Source of the DNA: a virus
Lineage: Duplodnaviria; Heunggongvirae; Uroviricota; Caudoviricetes
Direction: 5' to 3' (one strand)
Length of the DNA stretch: 14,941 nt
Virus record (IMG/VR): IMGVR_UViG_3300028549_003773
In this document: positions 13,716 through 14,941 of the stretch, piece after piece
Layout of the letters: each line of letters starts with the position of its first letter
Position numbering within the stretch: the first letter of the stretch is position 1
Position numbers and translations under genes: made by a program
The notes under the pieces: model-generated
Seen by the model: the letters and a program-made list of their open reading frames with translations, nothing else
Database searches by the model: none
What the model was told of the DNA's origin: nothing

Positions 13716-14024
13716 ATAAAAGACTTATACGACATAATGAACGATGGGTATTTATTAGAGGATGAGTATGCTAAAAATTTTACAGAAGATACTTTTCAGA
13801 ATGATAATTCTGTATTAGAAGCAGCTATTTTTGGGTCTGCTTTGACATTTAGCGACTTGCTTTTAGATGAAGAGAACAAAAATCCAGAAGATTTACTCGA
13901 AGATATTGAAGCTTTACTAAGTGACAGAGAACCAGAACAACTGGTTGAAAAGATAAATTTCAAAAGGGGCACACAGACTGGGTTAGCTTTTGAACAATAC
14001 GTATATTCTAAACTGAAGAGATAA
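13716..14024 (+). CDS. Acidic hypothetical protein (start uncertain: ATA 13716 or ATG 13737)
   Basis: SD GGAGGT at 13705-13710 sits just before the in-frame ATA; D/E-rich. Confidence 0.65.
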   Translation: MKDLYDIMNDGYLLEDEYAKNFTEDTFQNDNSVLEAAIFGSALTFSDLLLDEENKNPEDLLEDIEALLSDREPEQLVEKINFKRGTQTGLAFEQYVYSKLKR

Positions 14025-14025
14025 G

Positions 14026-14211
14026 ATGCCTATTTATAACTATAGATGTAAAACTTGTGGTAAAGAATATGAATCTTTTGAAAAACTTGATACAAAAGTA
14101 ATAAAATGTTCTTGTGGCGAAACAGCAGAAAAAATAATTTCTTTGTCTAATTTCCATCTAAAAGGTGGAGGTTGGGCAAAAGATAATTATTCTAAAGCAA
14201 ATAAACAATAG
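14026..14211 (+). CDS. FmdB-family zinc-ribbon protein
   Basis: MPIYNYRCKTCG...KCSCG...KIIS...FHLKGGGWAKDNY. Confidence 0.88.
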   Translation: MPIYNYRCKTCGKEYESFEKLDTKVIKCSCGETAEKIISLSNFHLKGGGWAKDNYSKANKQ

Positions 14212-14228
14212 ATAAGAGACATCTATAT

Positions 14229-14399
14229 ATGAAAATAAAAAATATAAAAGCATTACTAGATACATTCAATGAAGAAGCAGAACTTGTATTGCTAGGAAAA
14301 GACTCAACTATATTTGAAATAGAAGGTAGCCAAACAAAAAAGAATTCCACTTTGGTATGGCTTGATATCAGGGATGCTGTAAAATGTGATGGCTGCTAA
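14229..14399 (+). CDS. Hypothetical protein (56 aa)
   Basis: MKIKNIKALLDTFNEEAELVLLG...; below the ORF-track cutoff. Confidence 0.55.
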   Translation: MKIKNIKALLDTFNEEAELVLLGKDSTIFEIEGSQTKKNSTLVWLDIRDAVKCDGC

Positions 14400-14466
14400 A
14401 ATTTTGTACTTGTTGTTCTAATGAATATTACTAAACAGCCATGTCCAAACTACAGTAAGAAATAAA

Positions 14467-14715
14467 ATGTTAAATCTAACACTGGGAAAAAAGTATACAT
14501 TTACTTTATTTGTAAGTAATAAACCTTTTATAGCAAAAGCAAAACATAAAGAAGAACGAAGTTCAAATTGCCATTTATACTGGGTAACTTGGTGGGATGA
14601 AAAAAGAAAGCAAGAAGTAGGTCATTACATATATGACTACGGATATGCTAATAAAGGTAGAACAATCGTATTAAACGAATATAGTATTAGAACTTGTAAA
14701 GAATATTGTAATTAA
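14467..14715 (+). CDS. Hypothetical protein (82 aa)
   Basis: Open frame on the coding strand. Confidence 0.55.
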   Translation: MLNLTLGKKYTFTLFVSNKPFIAKAKHKEERSSNCHLYWVTWWDEKRKQEVGHYIYDYGYANKGRTIVLNEYSIRTCKEYCN

Positions 14716-14732
14716 AAATTGGGGATGTTATT

Positions 14733-14941
14733 ATGCCACTCATTGAAAAGGCTTTTCAATTTGCAATAGAAGCTCATAAAGGACAGTTTAGAAAATTCGA
14801 TGGCACTGCTTACATACAACACCCACTTGCAGTAATGGGTATATTAACAGAAATTTATGCCAATAATGCCGAGGTACTTGCAGCAGCTTTACTACACGAT
14901 ACTGTTGAAGATTGTAAAGACATCACACTAGAAGTTATACA
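14733..14941 (+). CDS. HD-domain (p)ppGpp hydrolase, small alarmone hydrolase/Mesh1-SpoT-like (5' part, truncated by the window)
   Basis: KAFQFAIEAHKGQFRK...YIQHPLAV...LAAALLHDTVED. Confidence 0.85.
   Translation, partial: MPLIEKAFQFAIEAHKGQFRKFDGTAYIQHPLAVMGILTEIYANNAEVLAAALLHDTVEDCKDITLEVI

Noticed and set aside
1-14941. CRISPR array or IS element
   Set aside because: No regularly spaced direct repeats, transposase or terminal inverted repeats; the four-copy module is dispersed and partly permuted

Overview
AT-rich, almost entirely + strand window, most consistent with the tRNA/accessory region of a large (jumbo-type) tailed phage. Protein genes: a diverged major-capsid-protein paralogue, a PlcP-like metallophosphoesterase plus GT4 glycosyltransferase pair, an RlaP-like (Pol-beta) nucleotidyltransferase split in two by a free-standing His-Me/HNH endonuclease, an Smr-like protein, a COOH-NH2 ligase, a Ro60/TROVE protein, an FmdB zinc ribbon, and a truncated HD-domain (p)ppGpp hydrolase. 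There are nine ordinary-sized tRNAs, none with encoded CCA. The most striking content is non-coding. (1) One RNA module occurs in four copies with fixed spacing and compensatory base changes (5' strand RRRTRGTG-N10-WTACTTC; 3' strand N9-TTWRTTCY). Two copies are free-standing, one of them just upstream of the Ro60 start. Two are circularly permuted and grafted into the anticodon arm of tRNA scaffolds. I interpret these as candidate Y RNAs and tRNA-Y RNA chimeras. (2) A stand-alone copy of the 23S rRNA GTPase-associated centre (H43/H44, L11 site) is split into three collinear pieces by two structured insertions. (3) Several further unexplained structured RNAs are present. All family assignments come from motif recognition by eye; no searches were run.
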